Part shown: one piece after another, positions 43,099 to 55,600 of the stretch
How positions within the stretch are numbered: position 1 is the first letter of the stretch
Layout: each line of letters starts with the position of its first letter
Origin: Gnetum montanum
Taxonomy: Eukaryota > Plantae > Gnetophyta
DNA length: 64,000 nt
Assembly: GCA_015680685.1 (NCBI GenBank)
Contig: MNCI01000754.1
Span: 25,057 to 89,056 of the forward strand
Reading direction: 5' to 3'
The notes under the pieces: model-generated
What the model was told of the DNA's origin: nothing
Database searches by the model: none
Seen by the model: only the letters and a program-made list of their open reading frames with translations
Translations under genes and position numbers: made by a program

Positions 43099-44631
43099 TC
43101 ATAGGGGAATGGCCATCCATGCTAATCATCTCCATATGGCTTCTCAGTTTTTTTTTAGTTTTTTTTCACATTTTTATCTTTGAAATTTATTTCTTTTACA
43201 TCTCTTTGATTTTAAATCTATTTCCTATTTTACACCATTTTTTTACACCATCATTAGTACATTTAAATCTTTCTTGAATCTTTTTACACTTTCTTATATA
43301 TTTTACTTTGTTTTTTTTAGTGTGATTTTTAAATTTTTGCTAATAAACATGCTTTGTGCCAATATGGCATAGTGATGTTGTAGCTATTACTAATGGTGGT
43401 TTGTGATTTATGTTTTGTTTGCTAATGTCTGGTTTCTATTTTTTAATTTTTGTGATGATTGCTAACTCATGGTTTCTTTTTCATGGAATAGGCAATGAGT
43501 TTACAACATCTACCCATTCACAAGCTCGATGGTTTTCCTTATTTTGAAAGTTTGAGGTCCCTTTCATCAAAACTTTTAATAAATTGATAACCTTGGTAGT
43601 TTCCAAAGTTGGGAAGGATTCCAAGGTTTTTACAGGGTGTTATTTCAAGGGGATTCAATACTCTTTGTACTCTTCTAATTACTTGGGTGCTTGTGTGTTT
43701 TTTCATAGACTTGTTACCATCCCATGTCATCCAATAATAGGAATTCAAATAAAGTCTTTACATGGTGTGGTTCCCATCCAAAATGGAAAAATAAAACATG
43801 ATGGGAATTCAAAGCACACGCCTTAGATGAATAAACGGGCTATAAGCACTAGTTATGGCACTAAAAAGATATGTTATACATGCCTGGATGTCCCCTCTAA
43901 CTAAGGCCCTTTCTCACTTTCTACTTCTCTTTTTCTCTATTTATGGAATGGTGGTTGTTCTGTGGGAGCACTCTTGTGTCTTAAGGAGGTGGATCAATCT
44001 TGGAGTGGTGATGCAAAGTCACTGAAAGGGGTTGGTTTTGGTCTAGACTAAGGATGGATCTTCTCAAGTCATTTTAAACACAAAACTCCACAAGGAACTT
44101 CTTATGACCTCAATTTTGAATTCCATTCCACCTTCTCCATCATCCATCTATGCTATCCATAATTCACCTCACTATTGGTGTCCATGTTCTTGATTTTGTG
44201 TCTTGGTATGACCTACTTGAAATCTTTGGTAGAATCTTTCGAGTTTTGGTCCTTAACTTCCATTGATCATTAATCATCTATGGGGCCCACAGACTCCTTA
44301 GGTTGAAGTTATGCAAAGGAAAATAAGGCATGTGCCTACTATGGAGAGGATCTACTTACATATCTCTTGGTTGGGTTTGTTTAGTACCTTATCCTTAGAC
44401 ATTCTCGTAATTAGAATCTTTCGTACATCCATCTTCTACATCACACCATGTGCTCCTTTACATATTTTGTTTAATAAACATATTTTCCATTAAATTTTTA
44501 AATTTTTGAACATTCAAAGATTCTCTTAAATGATTTTATCATATTCTTGTCTTTTCTAGAATTCCATGTATCCCAAATTTATTGAAAATTTCCTTATATT
44601 TTTTGAGATATTCAACTTTGAAAATTTTGCC

Positions 44632-44730
44632 TATGAGCCCTGTATATGGGGCCTCATCAATGGAGCAGACCTGTATACAAGGCCTTGTATATGAGGCCCC
44701 GTCAACATAAGAGAAAAACACTATATATAG
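44632..44730 (+). promoter_or_regulatory. Putative internal promoter (U3-like repeats + TATA) upstream of the env-like ORF
   Basis: GGGGCCTCATCAATG and GAGGCCCCGTCAAC repeats resemble the LTR U3 repeats, followed by CTATATATAG at 44721. Confidence 0.45.
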
Positions 44731-45167
44731 GCATGACCCCACTTGGAAATTTTTACATTTTCTCATAAATGCCAAAGGAGTTTTTCAAATTTTTAGAACC
44801 TAGAACCTTTCAAAGCTCATGACTTCCTAACCATTTATCCAAATCACTCCATTCTTTGACCCTACAACTACCATAGGTAAGCTCTTTGTTGTGGGGGCCA
44901 CAAATGTGTCATTTTTAATAGAAATTTTTTCATCATTTTTCTAACTCTTACAAGGGTTTAGCTAAGAAATCAACTCTTAAACAACAAATTACAAGAGTTA
45001 AACCATTTCAACAAGCTCCTGTAACATCTACAATAAATAATTAATAAAATAATTAGTCTACCATGGTCTAACTATAGCCAAAGTGTAATTAAATAATGAG
45101 AAAAGGTATTCAAATATTTAAAGTTACACATTATATCTACTAATCCATGGATGTGTTGTGACCGCAA

Positions 45168-48025
45168 ATGGCACCAAAGAAAAAGCACATGTAGGAAGCA
45201 GGACCATCTCAACCAAGAAAGAAATAACCTAGAAAGGGAAGAGGCCAAGAACAAGCCCAAGAAGAATCACTTGCAACCCATGCCACAAGTCCTCTTAGGG
45301 AAAAGATAGAAGTGGAATTTATTAGACAGATTCTAGAACCAGTAGCAAGAACAGAACACTCCCATTGAGATGATGCACTGGCACCATAAGCAAATCTGGA
45401 GGTGACCTTGATAGAGGCTTGCCTAAATCAGATCAAATCATGAGAGATCCAAAAAATAATGCTCCAGGAGTTAAACTTTAGACCATTCCTAGAGCAAGCA
45501 CCAAAAGAAGTGAAAGACCAGCTAAAGGCCTTCCTCATGTGGCCAATCATCACTTCCATCAAGAAGTGGTACATGGAAAAGATATTCCTATTCTGAAACA
45601 ATAGGCAGCTTGGATCAATAGTAAAAATCAAGGACATCTCAATTTCCTACTTGGTGCAGGTCATTACTACAGTGCTTAGGTTGCTAAAAATAGGGGCAAG
45701 TCTTGCTGAGATCCCAATGCAAGTAGATCCCAACATCAAAAAAGAATGGATTTAGTAATGCTATGGTGTCAACTGCAAGGAGTTTGGCATGATCACACCG
45801 AAAGAGAGGATCCACTATAAGATTGTAGCCTTCTACCTCAATCCCACAGTGGGGCTACGCAAAATCACCACCTTCCCTGCCCAAGCGTGCACCACTCTGA
45901 GTGGGATATTTCTTGTCAACCTTCCATAATTGATCTATCTAGAGATGGAGAAGAAAATTAAAGAAAATGAACATGGAAGGAAGGAAGTCCCCTTCCCATG
46001 CCTCATTAGGAAACTTTATTGAAGCGGAGGAATAACTTATTACACCAATGATGTTGTCAGGCATGTTTTGGCCACCAACTAGGAGGAAATGATGAAAGAC
46101 AAGGTGCCTATGAAAACTATCTAAGAAGAGGAGTAGCAACCACCACCTCCACCTGTCACTCAAACAACTGTGCTAGACATCACTACAACTACCCAACGGT
46201 TGCATGAATACCAAAATGGCTCTTAAGTAAACAAGAGCAATGAGTAGGCACAAGTGGTGAGGACCCATCTGTGTACAAACCAGCAATGAGTCACTTAAAT
46301 GAGGTGGCCTAGACAATCAATTTGATGGGTGAGGGTGGATCAATTTTGTTAGCCCAAAGAACATAGCTCCCCACAAGGATGAATCTAACCTCCAGAGAGG
46401 TCACAGTATCTCTCATAGAATAATAGTCACTTCTAGAAATCTCTTGGAATGCTACAACCTTCTTGGTGCTCTTAGAGGAGGGTGAAGGAGCAACTATATT
46501 GGTGATGCAACACCAAGGGTAGGAGATTGCAGTAGAAGTGGTTGCTAATCATATTGTTGAAACACTCAATCCACCTACGGCATCTACACCAAACATCACT
46601 ACACTCAAGGATGTGCAGATGTCCATAGGAATCACAAGTGGTAGAATAAATGTAGCACAACATGAAGATTTGCTAAACTGACTAGTGGGAACTAGGCAAC
46701 TGCTTCCAGATGTCTTTGAACTTTCGAACATATTACTGCAATCCAGTCAAAGTTTCTAGATGCAAGGGATAAGAATATCATTTGTAGGGGCAACTTGAAA
46801 TAGCCTAGGAGCTAAATAAACACTTGGTTGCAAAATTTGCCAAATTAAAAGTCCAAATTTCCGACCTCGCATTTCTCAACCCGACTTTGATAAGAGATGA
46901 AGCTATGGAATAGATTTACACTATACTAAAAGGGATTGAGGGTACAATGGAGATGGTAGTATTCTACCGATCGTTGGCAGAGACCACACAACACAAGATT
47001 CAAAAGACCTTAGATCAGAACTACCAAGAGAATGTACAATTTACCATAGAGAACCATCACCTATGAAATGTTGATGAGCATAAGCAACAATTAACCAATT
47101 TCATCAATTAATAGCAAGAGCAACTACCTAGACCAAACACAAAATTGAGGAGATTGATAGCAAAACATAGAAATATATCCATGGGGGAGGTTCACACCCT
47201 TCGCCAAAAAACTACAATCAAGGTAGCTACCTAGAAATAAAAAGCTCTCAAATTTGAGAAAGTAAAAGATCATTACAAAGAGCAGGTCAGTCTAGAAAAG
47301 GAAGTAAATGAAAAACACACTTAGTCAATGAAGGCAAAAGTAAATGAAGCCCTCTAGCAACTTTAGCAAGGGAAAGAATTATGGTGATCCATCGTTGATA
47401 GCATAGATGCCTACAACAAGGTGGAAATTCAAACAAAGGAGTTGTAGATTGAGAAGATGAAAGAATATATGGAGCTCACAATCATTATGCAAATTTGGCC
47501 ATGTTAACTACTAGAAGATTGTGGTTAGAATTGGAGAAAAAAGTGGCCAACTTGTACTTGCTGTACGAGGCCAAGTTCAAGCATCATAAAGACACCAAGC
47601 AAAAGCTTGTAGTTGCAAACGCTAAACTCAAAGTTCATAAGGCACGATTCACTGATCAACAATCAACTGCCAAGAACCTAGCCAAGAGGATGAATGACTA
47701 CCAAGAGCTACAAAATGCAATCATGACATTCATTATCAAAAATAAATAATTTGCTGCATGGTTTGTCAACATAAAGGAGATGTTTCCAATGATGCCCTAT
47801 GTATGGGATATTCCCATTCCAACCCACATTGGTGATGCCACGTGAATTGTGAATGATCCCCAAAGTACGGAGGAGAAGATGAAGGCATTACTAGATGGCT
47901 TTCACCTATCACTAGAGGTTGCAACTACAACAATATAGCCACAATTTCCTCAGCCACCACATGAGCTTAAAGTTGATAAAGGTCCTTTAGAACCTCAAAA
48001 GCCTCCCCTACCTGGGATTATCTAA
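45168..48025 (+). pseudogene. Decayed env-like/extra ORF of copy B (~950 codons)
   Basis: ATGGCACCAAAGAAA start; VNLP*LIYLEM..VPFPCLIRKL resembles the Athila env-like INVGxLI..LPFPSLITxL segment; long coiled-coil-like C-terminus (47495-47749). Confidence 0.75.
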
Positions 48026-48256
48026 TCTTCTCCACCATCCTCATGCTATTAGTGGGTGTGCTATCCAATTTTGTGTAGTCACATTATGGTGTTTAATTTT
48101 GTCTCATGAACATTACAATTTTTGTAATTTTTTGATTCATATACTTGGGCACTTATTTTTATCTAGTATTTTATGTCAAGAGTTAGTCAATAATCCAATA
48201 CCTTCCCAATTTTGTAAACAAACTCAAGGATGAGTTTTCATTTAGTCGTGGGGGTA

Positions 48257-49231
48257 TGATGAGCATCAAAGTGTCACAATAATGCATGTCAACAAGCCCT
48301 TGTTGATGTGGCCTCATCAATGGGCCCTTGTTGATGGGGCCCTATTTATGTGGTGTTGCCCCATCAATGGGGCCACATCGACATAGCGTTTGCTACATCT
48401 ACGGGGCCCTGTCAATGTAATCTTGTAGCAAAAACTATAAATATGAGCTCCCACCCTTGTTTATGCATAATAATAGAATTCATAGTAGTAGCAAAGCTCT
48501 TGCATTTTGTCCATTTGAAAGTTAGAATATTTCTCTAAGTGCTTACAACAAGAGTTAGAAAGTGTATGGATTTTTATTTGAACACTGTTGTACATAAACC
48601 ACACTAGTGTGTACAACAATAAAGATGAGCCTTTTAATCAAACCTTGCAAAACATACAATAGATTAATGATTTATTTATGCATTTATTATTTTCATGAAA
48701 TATGTAGTTAATTAAGATAAATTATACTTTAAGCTATTAGTTAATTAATTAACCTAAATAAACTAAGTACATAAGTACAACTACTTCGAGCATAAACACG
48801 TATTTGCTTGGTAATCCTAGAAGAATTATTTTTTGATGCACCTAGTAGCGTAGCACTTCGTAACCTAGTAGTGGATACGTGGGTTCAAGACATGTATGGA
48901 AAGTGGGACTATATGCTTAAGTTAGGATTAGTTAGAGACTAGTTAAGTGGTTAAATTAGATTAGTTATTAAATTACTTCATCTCTCTATTCTAAGCACCA
49001 AAGAACATAAAACATAAAATAATAAAAATCATATGCCTTGATTACACTTAACCATACCTTTGTATATCACAAGTGTAATTGGGAAGACAACGAATGACCT
49101 TTAGGGCAAGGTTCACTTCCTAGAAGACTAGGGTACTGAAAATTATAGAGTTACTGGAATTCGAATGGGTCATGCATGAACATTTCGTGATCCGTATGGT
49201 TGGGCATAGAGGTACCTTCAACCGCTTACCA
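48257..49231 (+). repeat. 3' LTR of copy B
   Basis: Preceded by the PPT GTGGGGGTA; direct repeat of 35892-36828; followed by the TSD. Confidence 0.93.
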
Positions 49232-51466
49232 AGATTAATTTATATGGTGATCTTGATCTTCATGAGTTTGATACTATTACAAATTTTGACCTTGATAAAT
49301 AAATATTTTCTATTAATTCTAACGAATTGTCATTGTTATGGTATATGAGGATCTTTGGCTTCCTATTGTCGGTGACCTTTAGTAAAGTATCATTCTACCA
49401 TTTATTGAGTTGTTAATGTCTCCAAAGAAATTCCCTTCAATTTTTCTTATTAAAGTTCCTATTTTCTCCATTTCAAGGAACTATTAAATTGTTGGGATAT
49501 TATAATAACCAATATTTTCTAATGCTTAGGTTAGTACTTCTACCTTGTGATTTTGTGCTTGTTATGGCTTAGATGTTATGGTATGCTTTTAAATTATTTT
49601 TATTAGTTAGTTTAGACTTATAGCTTCATGATTTTTTATATATTTAAGTCTATGGATTATTTAATTATATTTTTATCTAATATGTACTAACCCAATAGAT
49701 GACTTTGGTAGACTTTCATGAAGGCTATGGTCTAGGCATGTGAGACATGTGATGACATGGGTAGATTTTGTGTAAGCATTATATTATTTTTATTAATTAA
49801 AATAATTATGGTATATGTTATTTTAATTTAGATATTTTTAGTGTGACTTGCAACTTTTGTGGAAGATTACAAGAGTTATGAAAGGCTTTCTGGTAGACTC
49901 TAAATTGTATTTTTATCTTTAAAAATTAGGTTAGATTTGCTATGTATGAGTTTTTGTTAAATTCTCATAAAATCTCTACACTTCATTCTTTCAAGTACTT
50001 TAACATCCATTTTATTTTATGTAGAAGCTCTACTAAATTAAAAGCTTATGGTAGTGTTGTGGTGATTTATTGGTCCATGTGCATGGTTATGCAAGAATAC
50101 ATGATTGCATTCATGTATTGCTTATGGATTTTGCTTCTATTTATAAGATGAGTTATATTGGCATTTTTTTCCTATTTGTTTCAGTTATGAGGTTTATGTT
50201 TATCAGCAAGAATTAAGTTTTGCTAAATTTCTTTCAAAAATATATATATATGCATTCATGATTGGATTTGGATCTTGTTTTTAACATGTAGATTTGTTTG
50301 ACTATTGTGATTAATTCACTTGTTTCTTGTCATAAATTTTAAATTTTTTTTTGCCAATTTTGGAGGGTTTTATAAGAATTCATCATATCAACTATTTTAG
50401 GTTTGAGTATTACATGTTAGACTTGTATCTTGATGCCATTATATTCATTTGGTCATAGATATAATTGGGTTTCGATAATTTCCTTAGATTCTGTGTCATT
50501 AGCGTTTTATGAATTTTTGATTATTTCACCTAGGATTTGGATCCTTTGCCATACCATTAAAATTTTTATCATTTTTTCTTTGTGTTAAGTTTTGATTATG
50601 TTTTTTTATTCATTACTATTATTCTCCTAAGGTCCTTTCTTGATTATTAATTGTGTCAAGAATATTTCAAGTTGTTTTTACACTTAGATTTTATGCTGAA
50701 ATCACAAGTTCATCATGGGTCATGGTGAGACTACCAATCCTAACCACAAATTGAAGTCAAGTCATGATCCCCCACAATAAGTTATGCTAAGTTCATGATC
50801 AACCATTTTTCCTTTATTTACATTTTCATTTTTTATTTTAGAAAAAACCTACTATTTCATGTGTCTTGGTCAAGTTGTGTTTAGCCACCAAATGTCATGG
50901 TAAAATCATTATCAATATTATTTTGTTGTTCTTGATGATTTAAATCATTTTAAATGGTTTTTCATTAATCATAGATCATAATCAAGTCATGATCAAGCTA
51001 CCAAAAGTCATGGTTAGCTTGTGGTAAGGTTGTGATTAAGTCATTTTCAATATAGTTTTAGCTAGTGATTTTTCTAAGTAAACCACAAGTCATAATCAAC
51101 CACCACAAGTTATGATCTTTCACTTTTACCATTTTTGAGTATACCATACCATTGAAGCTTATTTTGACATATTTTATTAATTTTAATCTATGTTTTCTCC
51201 TATTTGGATTATATAGATCATGTTGAATAATTGGTATCAATCAAGAGTCAATTGTTGATTCTAGTTATAGTTGTTGGATATTTAAACTTGTTGAACATTG
51301 GAGATATCCCTTCATCTTTAAGGTTTGGTTGTATTTATTTAGATTCTTGAATATTTTTTATTTGTCAAGAGCTAACACAATGGCTAATTGAAGATGTGAT
51401 TCCTAAAGATGTTAGGTATCTAAACTCCACTAGAATCATTAGTATGGTGCTTGCTATAGGTTCCAT

Positions 51467-52315
51467 TAGAATAGTCTAATTGTAATTTACTTTATCTCTT
51501 CAAAACACACCAAATCCAAATATTATGTAAGATAATTCAATTGTTAGAAAATAAGAAAATTAGTTATCTTCTATTATTTCAAAAAAATATTACAATTACA
51601 GTGAAACCACAATCCCATAAAACACAAATTACTCACACTCAATGATATTGAAGAGCATAAGGCTCTACAACCACACACATGATTAATCTCAATGAAATAT
51701 ATAGTTGATTTAGATATCTCCCACATACAAAACTAATATCCACATACATACATAGAGTTATAATGGCTAGTATCACACACAATCGGTCACAAAGATGTGT
51801 ACACTCTCATGTAATCTCTGTCCTAACTTTCTCATACATTCACATGCACTCTCATCAATAACATGCAACATAACATCAATATTTATGAATTTTAAGACCA
51901 AGAAACCTAGGAAAACCTTTCCCATGACTAATTTGAAGATTCTTAGCTATTTCCAATCTTGATCTCATCTTTCTCAACCATTTTCCATCTTGGAACTATC
52001 AACTCAAAATTTTTCTCAATAGTATGATATGTCTATAGGATTGGAAAACCATCTTTTTATCAAACCCTAGCCTTAGGTAAGATGTCACGTCTTCCTAACG
52101 GATGTCTCCATAAAAACATTACTTGCCTAAGATAGAGATCTTCCTAGAGACATCTTTGTCCTATCCAAGACATCTTATAAATACTTACAATGTCTGTTGT
52201 GTCATCCTACCTTCTAGGCAAGTAGTTTTTATGATGTTCAAAAGATCTTCCTAGCTTTCCAAAATCTTCAGTCTTCCACCTATGGATCTAAAAAGGGAGA
52301 GGTCTCCCTACACTA
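51467..52315 (-). repeat. 3' LTR of element E
   Basis: Direct repeat of 60606-61462. Confidence 0.85.
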
Positions 52316-53759
52316 TGTCTCTCATACTTTAAAAATTTAACTCAAGTAAATAAGGAAGTAGGGATAGAAGTGATCCCCCACTCAAAAAGTTTAGTCTCAT
52401 AGACCCATACAAAATCATCAGTAGCTTTATGCTTCCAATGAATCAAGTACTTATGCCTCTTTAGTCCATAAGCACTGAAATCTTTTCTCTTTTTGAGTAC
52501 AATTTCCTACCTCTCCTATGAAGGTTTGGACTTTTCAATAGCCCTCTTTAACTCATCAATGTAATCTTATAAGATTTTATCATTTACTAGTTCATGGTAA
52601 TGCACAATATCTATAACATTAAAAAAAAGACATACCCACATTGTTTGGTAAGTCAATTTCAAAAGCATTATGATTGATTTTGATCTTTACCCTAAAAGGA
52701 CTTATTTTGTTGGCCTTCAATTTTGAGAAGTTGACATCTCTCAATCTCTTCTTCTTTAAGTGCACTCAAATAAGATTAACAGCATCAAATTTGAGCTTCC
52801 TCTTACTCTCGTTCTTCTTAAGGACTCTTTCTTTAACCTTCTTCACAATATTTTCCTTCACTTAAGCATGGAAATCCTTCATCTCTTACATAAAATCTAC
52901 ACTCAATTGAACTTCTTCATCAAAGCCCTTAATATTATTCATCGTCTTTCATCAAAATTCATAATTAACCTCAAATGAACTCTTCCCGATAGCAACATTA
53001 AAAGCATTATTGTAGGAAACTTTAGCATGATACAAAAAATTCTCCCACCTATTGAGTTTTTCATCATATAAACACCTCAAAATATTTAACAAATATTTAT
53101 TGATGACATTATTTTGACCAAGAGATTTTAGATGATATGTGTTGGCGACCGTTTGGGACACGACCGCCAACAAGTGTCCTCGAATAGGATTTAGGTGCTT
53201 GCTGATCTCTGGCAACACCAAGGCCCAAATACCTTCAAATAGAATCAGTAGTTAATGTGAGTATGTGTGTGTGCTGTTGCGGTGTGCGGTTGTGAAAAAT
53301 GAAACGATTGCGTTGTGTGTAAACTACAAATGACTTATCTTAAAGAGATTCAGCCAACTTTGCCAACTATTGTGAGTTGTTGAGAGTTCCTATTTTGTTT
53401 AATTGCCTAGTCTATGCGGTCCTTATAATACCTACTTGTAACAAATAAAATTTTGCAAAAAAATTTGAGCACAACTCTACGAATCTACTTCTAATTTTCC
53501 CTAGAGAAAGAAAAAGTTCCACAAGAAAACTAGAAATAGAGCGAGATTCAATGGAAATTAGAGATAAGAGAAAAAGAAAGAAGATTTTTGTAAAGACCTC
53601 ATATATTTAAACAAAGTAAAATGATACGAGTAAACACTTCACAATAAAGCTATCCCAAATTCAATAACTAAGAATTGTTCAAACTTCTAAGGCTCAAATA
53701 AGCAATTTCTTCAAGACAATCCTACTATGCTACCAAAAAATTGCTGCGTAAACTATCAC

Positions 53760-53828
53760 NNNNNNNNNNNNNNNNNNNNNNNNNNNNNNNNNNNNNNNNN
53801 NNNNNNNNNNNNNNNNNNNNNNNNNNNN
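53760..53828. other. Assembly gap (69 N)
   Basis: Run of N inside insertion G. Confidence 0.99.
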
Positions 53829-54254
53829 CCTACAACAATCTCAATAGCGGTTCTTATACATTGCACAATAATAAAATTCACTACTAAAATTCTCTTAAGG
53901 CTTTTAAACACAAGCGCATCTATGGCAAAATTTTAATAGAAATTGTCTACTGTGCAACAAGAACAATAAGAGCAATCTAAAAATCCCAAAATTACTTGCC
54001 AAGGATGATACTATCTAAACCACTAGCTAAACAAATTAAACAAAATAAAAATAAAGCATAACTCATAGGACAATGACAAAGAAGCTGAAATCTTTTCTTT
54101 AACCAATCATCTTACAAGAAATCTTTCACAATGTGTGACTCCAAGTGTGTGATCCCAAGTGTGATAGACCAAGGCCCACTTTTTCTTCTTACCCCTGAAG
54201 CCTTTTTATAGGGTTCAAAAGGTAGTTACATATTCCAAAATATCTTTGCTAACT

Positions 54255-54385
54255 TCTCTCCCAAGTAAGGAAGTTATAACTTTCCCAACAAGTTAGGAGA
54301 TATAACTTGCTTAACAAGTTAGTAGATTACTTGCCCAACAAGTTAGGAAGTTATAACTTAGGAAGTTAGGAAGTTAGGAGAAAAT
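54255..54385. repeat. Short tandem repeat (CCCAACAAGTTAGGAAGTTATAACT-like, ~25-bp unit) in an LTR-like segment ending CCAACA at 54467
   Basis: About 4-5 degenerate copies; TATA-like CTATAAAAAGG on the minus strand at ~54200. Confidence 0.75.
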
Positions 54386-54982
54386 CATGCTAACATTGGC
54401 ATGTGTAAATATTACAAATATTGCCTTTGTAAACAATAGCCTAATAATTGTTAAAATAAATCCAACATCTCCTTAAGAGCTCCATATAATTGTTATTTTT
54501 ATTATTTTAATTACCCACTGTGTATAAAGCCTTAGTAATTCACTTGGGATAATTAAATTAAGGCTAGGTCCTTAACAAGCACTTCATACCATTATCGTAT
54601 GTGAGAAATTGCTAAAATTAATATTTTACCACTGGATCATATGAAATTGAAATGTTATTTTCTGACTTTGATTCTGTACGTTCGGGTTTTGTATTTGTCT
54701 TCAGTGATGATGATTTCTTCTGAATAAACTGCAACTCTAATTTATCGGCATCGGCTAAAACATCTCTTGGTTTTGCTGATTCAGTTGTGCACCTGTCTTG
54801 CTATGCTGTGTCTTCATGTCTCTGTTACTCTGTTACCGCTCGGTGGATTGGCAACGGTGAAGATGAATGCGTCAGCATTGGGCACTGTTGCTATTTTTGG
54901 TAATTTTGGATTGCAGGTTCAGGAGAAAATGACAGTTGTGATTTACATTTTTAACTGCTTGAAAATTTTTTGAAATGAGTTC

Positions 54983-55600
54983 CTAGCCGAAGAAAGGCTA
55001 GGCCTGCTTGATGAGGCCGCAACTGAAGAATCCCTACAACAAAGTATTGTAAGTCATGGCGGTGGGCTGGATTCCGTGGTAGATCATTTTCTAGAAAACA
55101 TTCTGAGCCATGGAAGGCTCCTTTTTGAGGCACCAGCCATAGGAAAGGGTATGGTAAGTCACGGAATTGGTTGAGAAATGGCCCTGCAACTGCTAGAAAA
55201 TCCTTTGCACAGTGCGCACCTTGCGAGCCTTGTAAAGAATGTTTGGGAAGACGTTGAAGGCGGGCAAATCCAGGGGAAAGCTAAAGCACTGCATATCGGT
55301 GGTGAAAATCCTAAGAGCATGCTCGTGCTTTCCAGCAGTAACGTAGTGCTCAATGATGACAGAGAAGGTCTTGCAACGAGGGTTTGGGCCATCGGGAGTG
55401 ACCATGCGGGCCACCAGATGCCACAACGCGCGGTAGTCATGCATGTGGCCAAGGATGTTAATTTCAAAATCGTAGGCCTGTGCACTATGCTAGAATCTGT
55501 GCTACTTCTCTAGCAAGTTGAAGAGGCATAGCGCCGTGGGGCCGTCATTTCAGAGAGATTTTTGGGCTTTTTCCGCTACCAAGAATGCCTTCTTTATTTT
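54983..55600 (-). pseudogene. Pseudogenised N-terminal fragment of a P-class PPR gene resembling OTP43 (At1g74900)
   Basis: Minus strand: SL*NDGPTALCLFNLLE..AYDFEINILGHMHDYRALWHLVARM..PRCKTFSVIIEHYVTAGKHEHALRIF..DLPAFNVFPNILYKARKV..WCLKKEPSMAQNVF*KMIYHGIQPTAMTYNTLL*GFFSCGLIKQA*PFF. This is colinear with the OTP43 N-terminal half as I recall it (LWNHGPKALQFF..KTFAIVAERYASAGKPDKA..WCLIKRTPKA..TYNTMLKGFFRAG). Confidence 0.8.

Larger units (their letters stand above)
35892..49231 (+). mobile_element. Full-length decayed Athila-like Ty3/gypsy element, copy B (13.3 kb, TSD AGATT)
   Basis: LTRs 35892-36828 and 48257-49231; AGATT at 35887-35891 and 49232-49236; PBS 36830-36847; PPT 48248-48256; gag-PR-RT-RH-INT plus an extra ORF. 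Confidence 0.95.
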
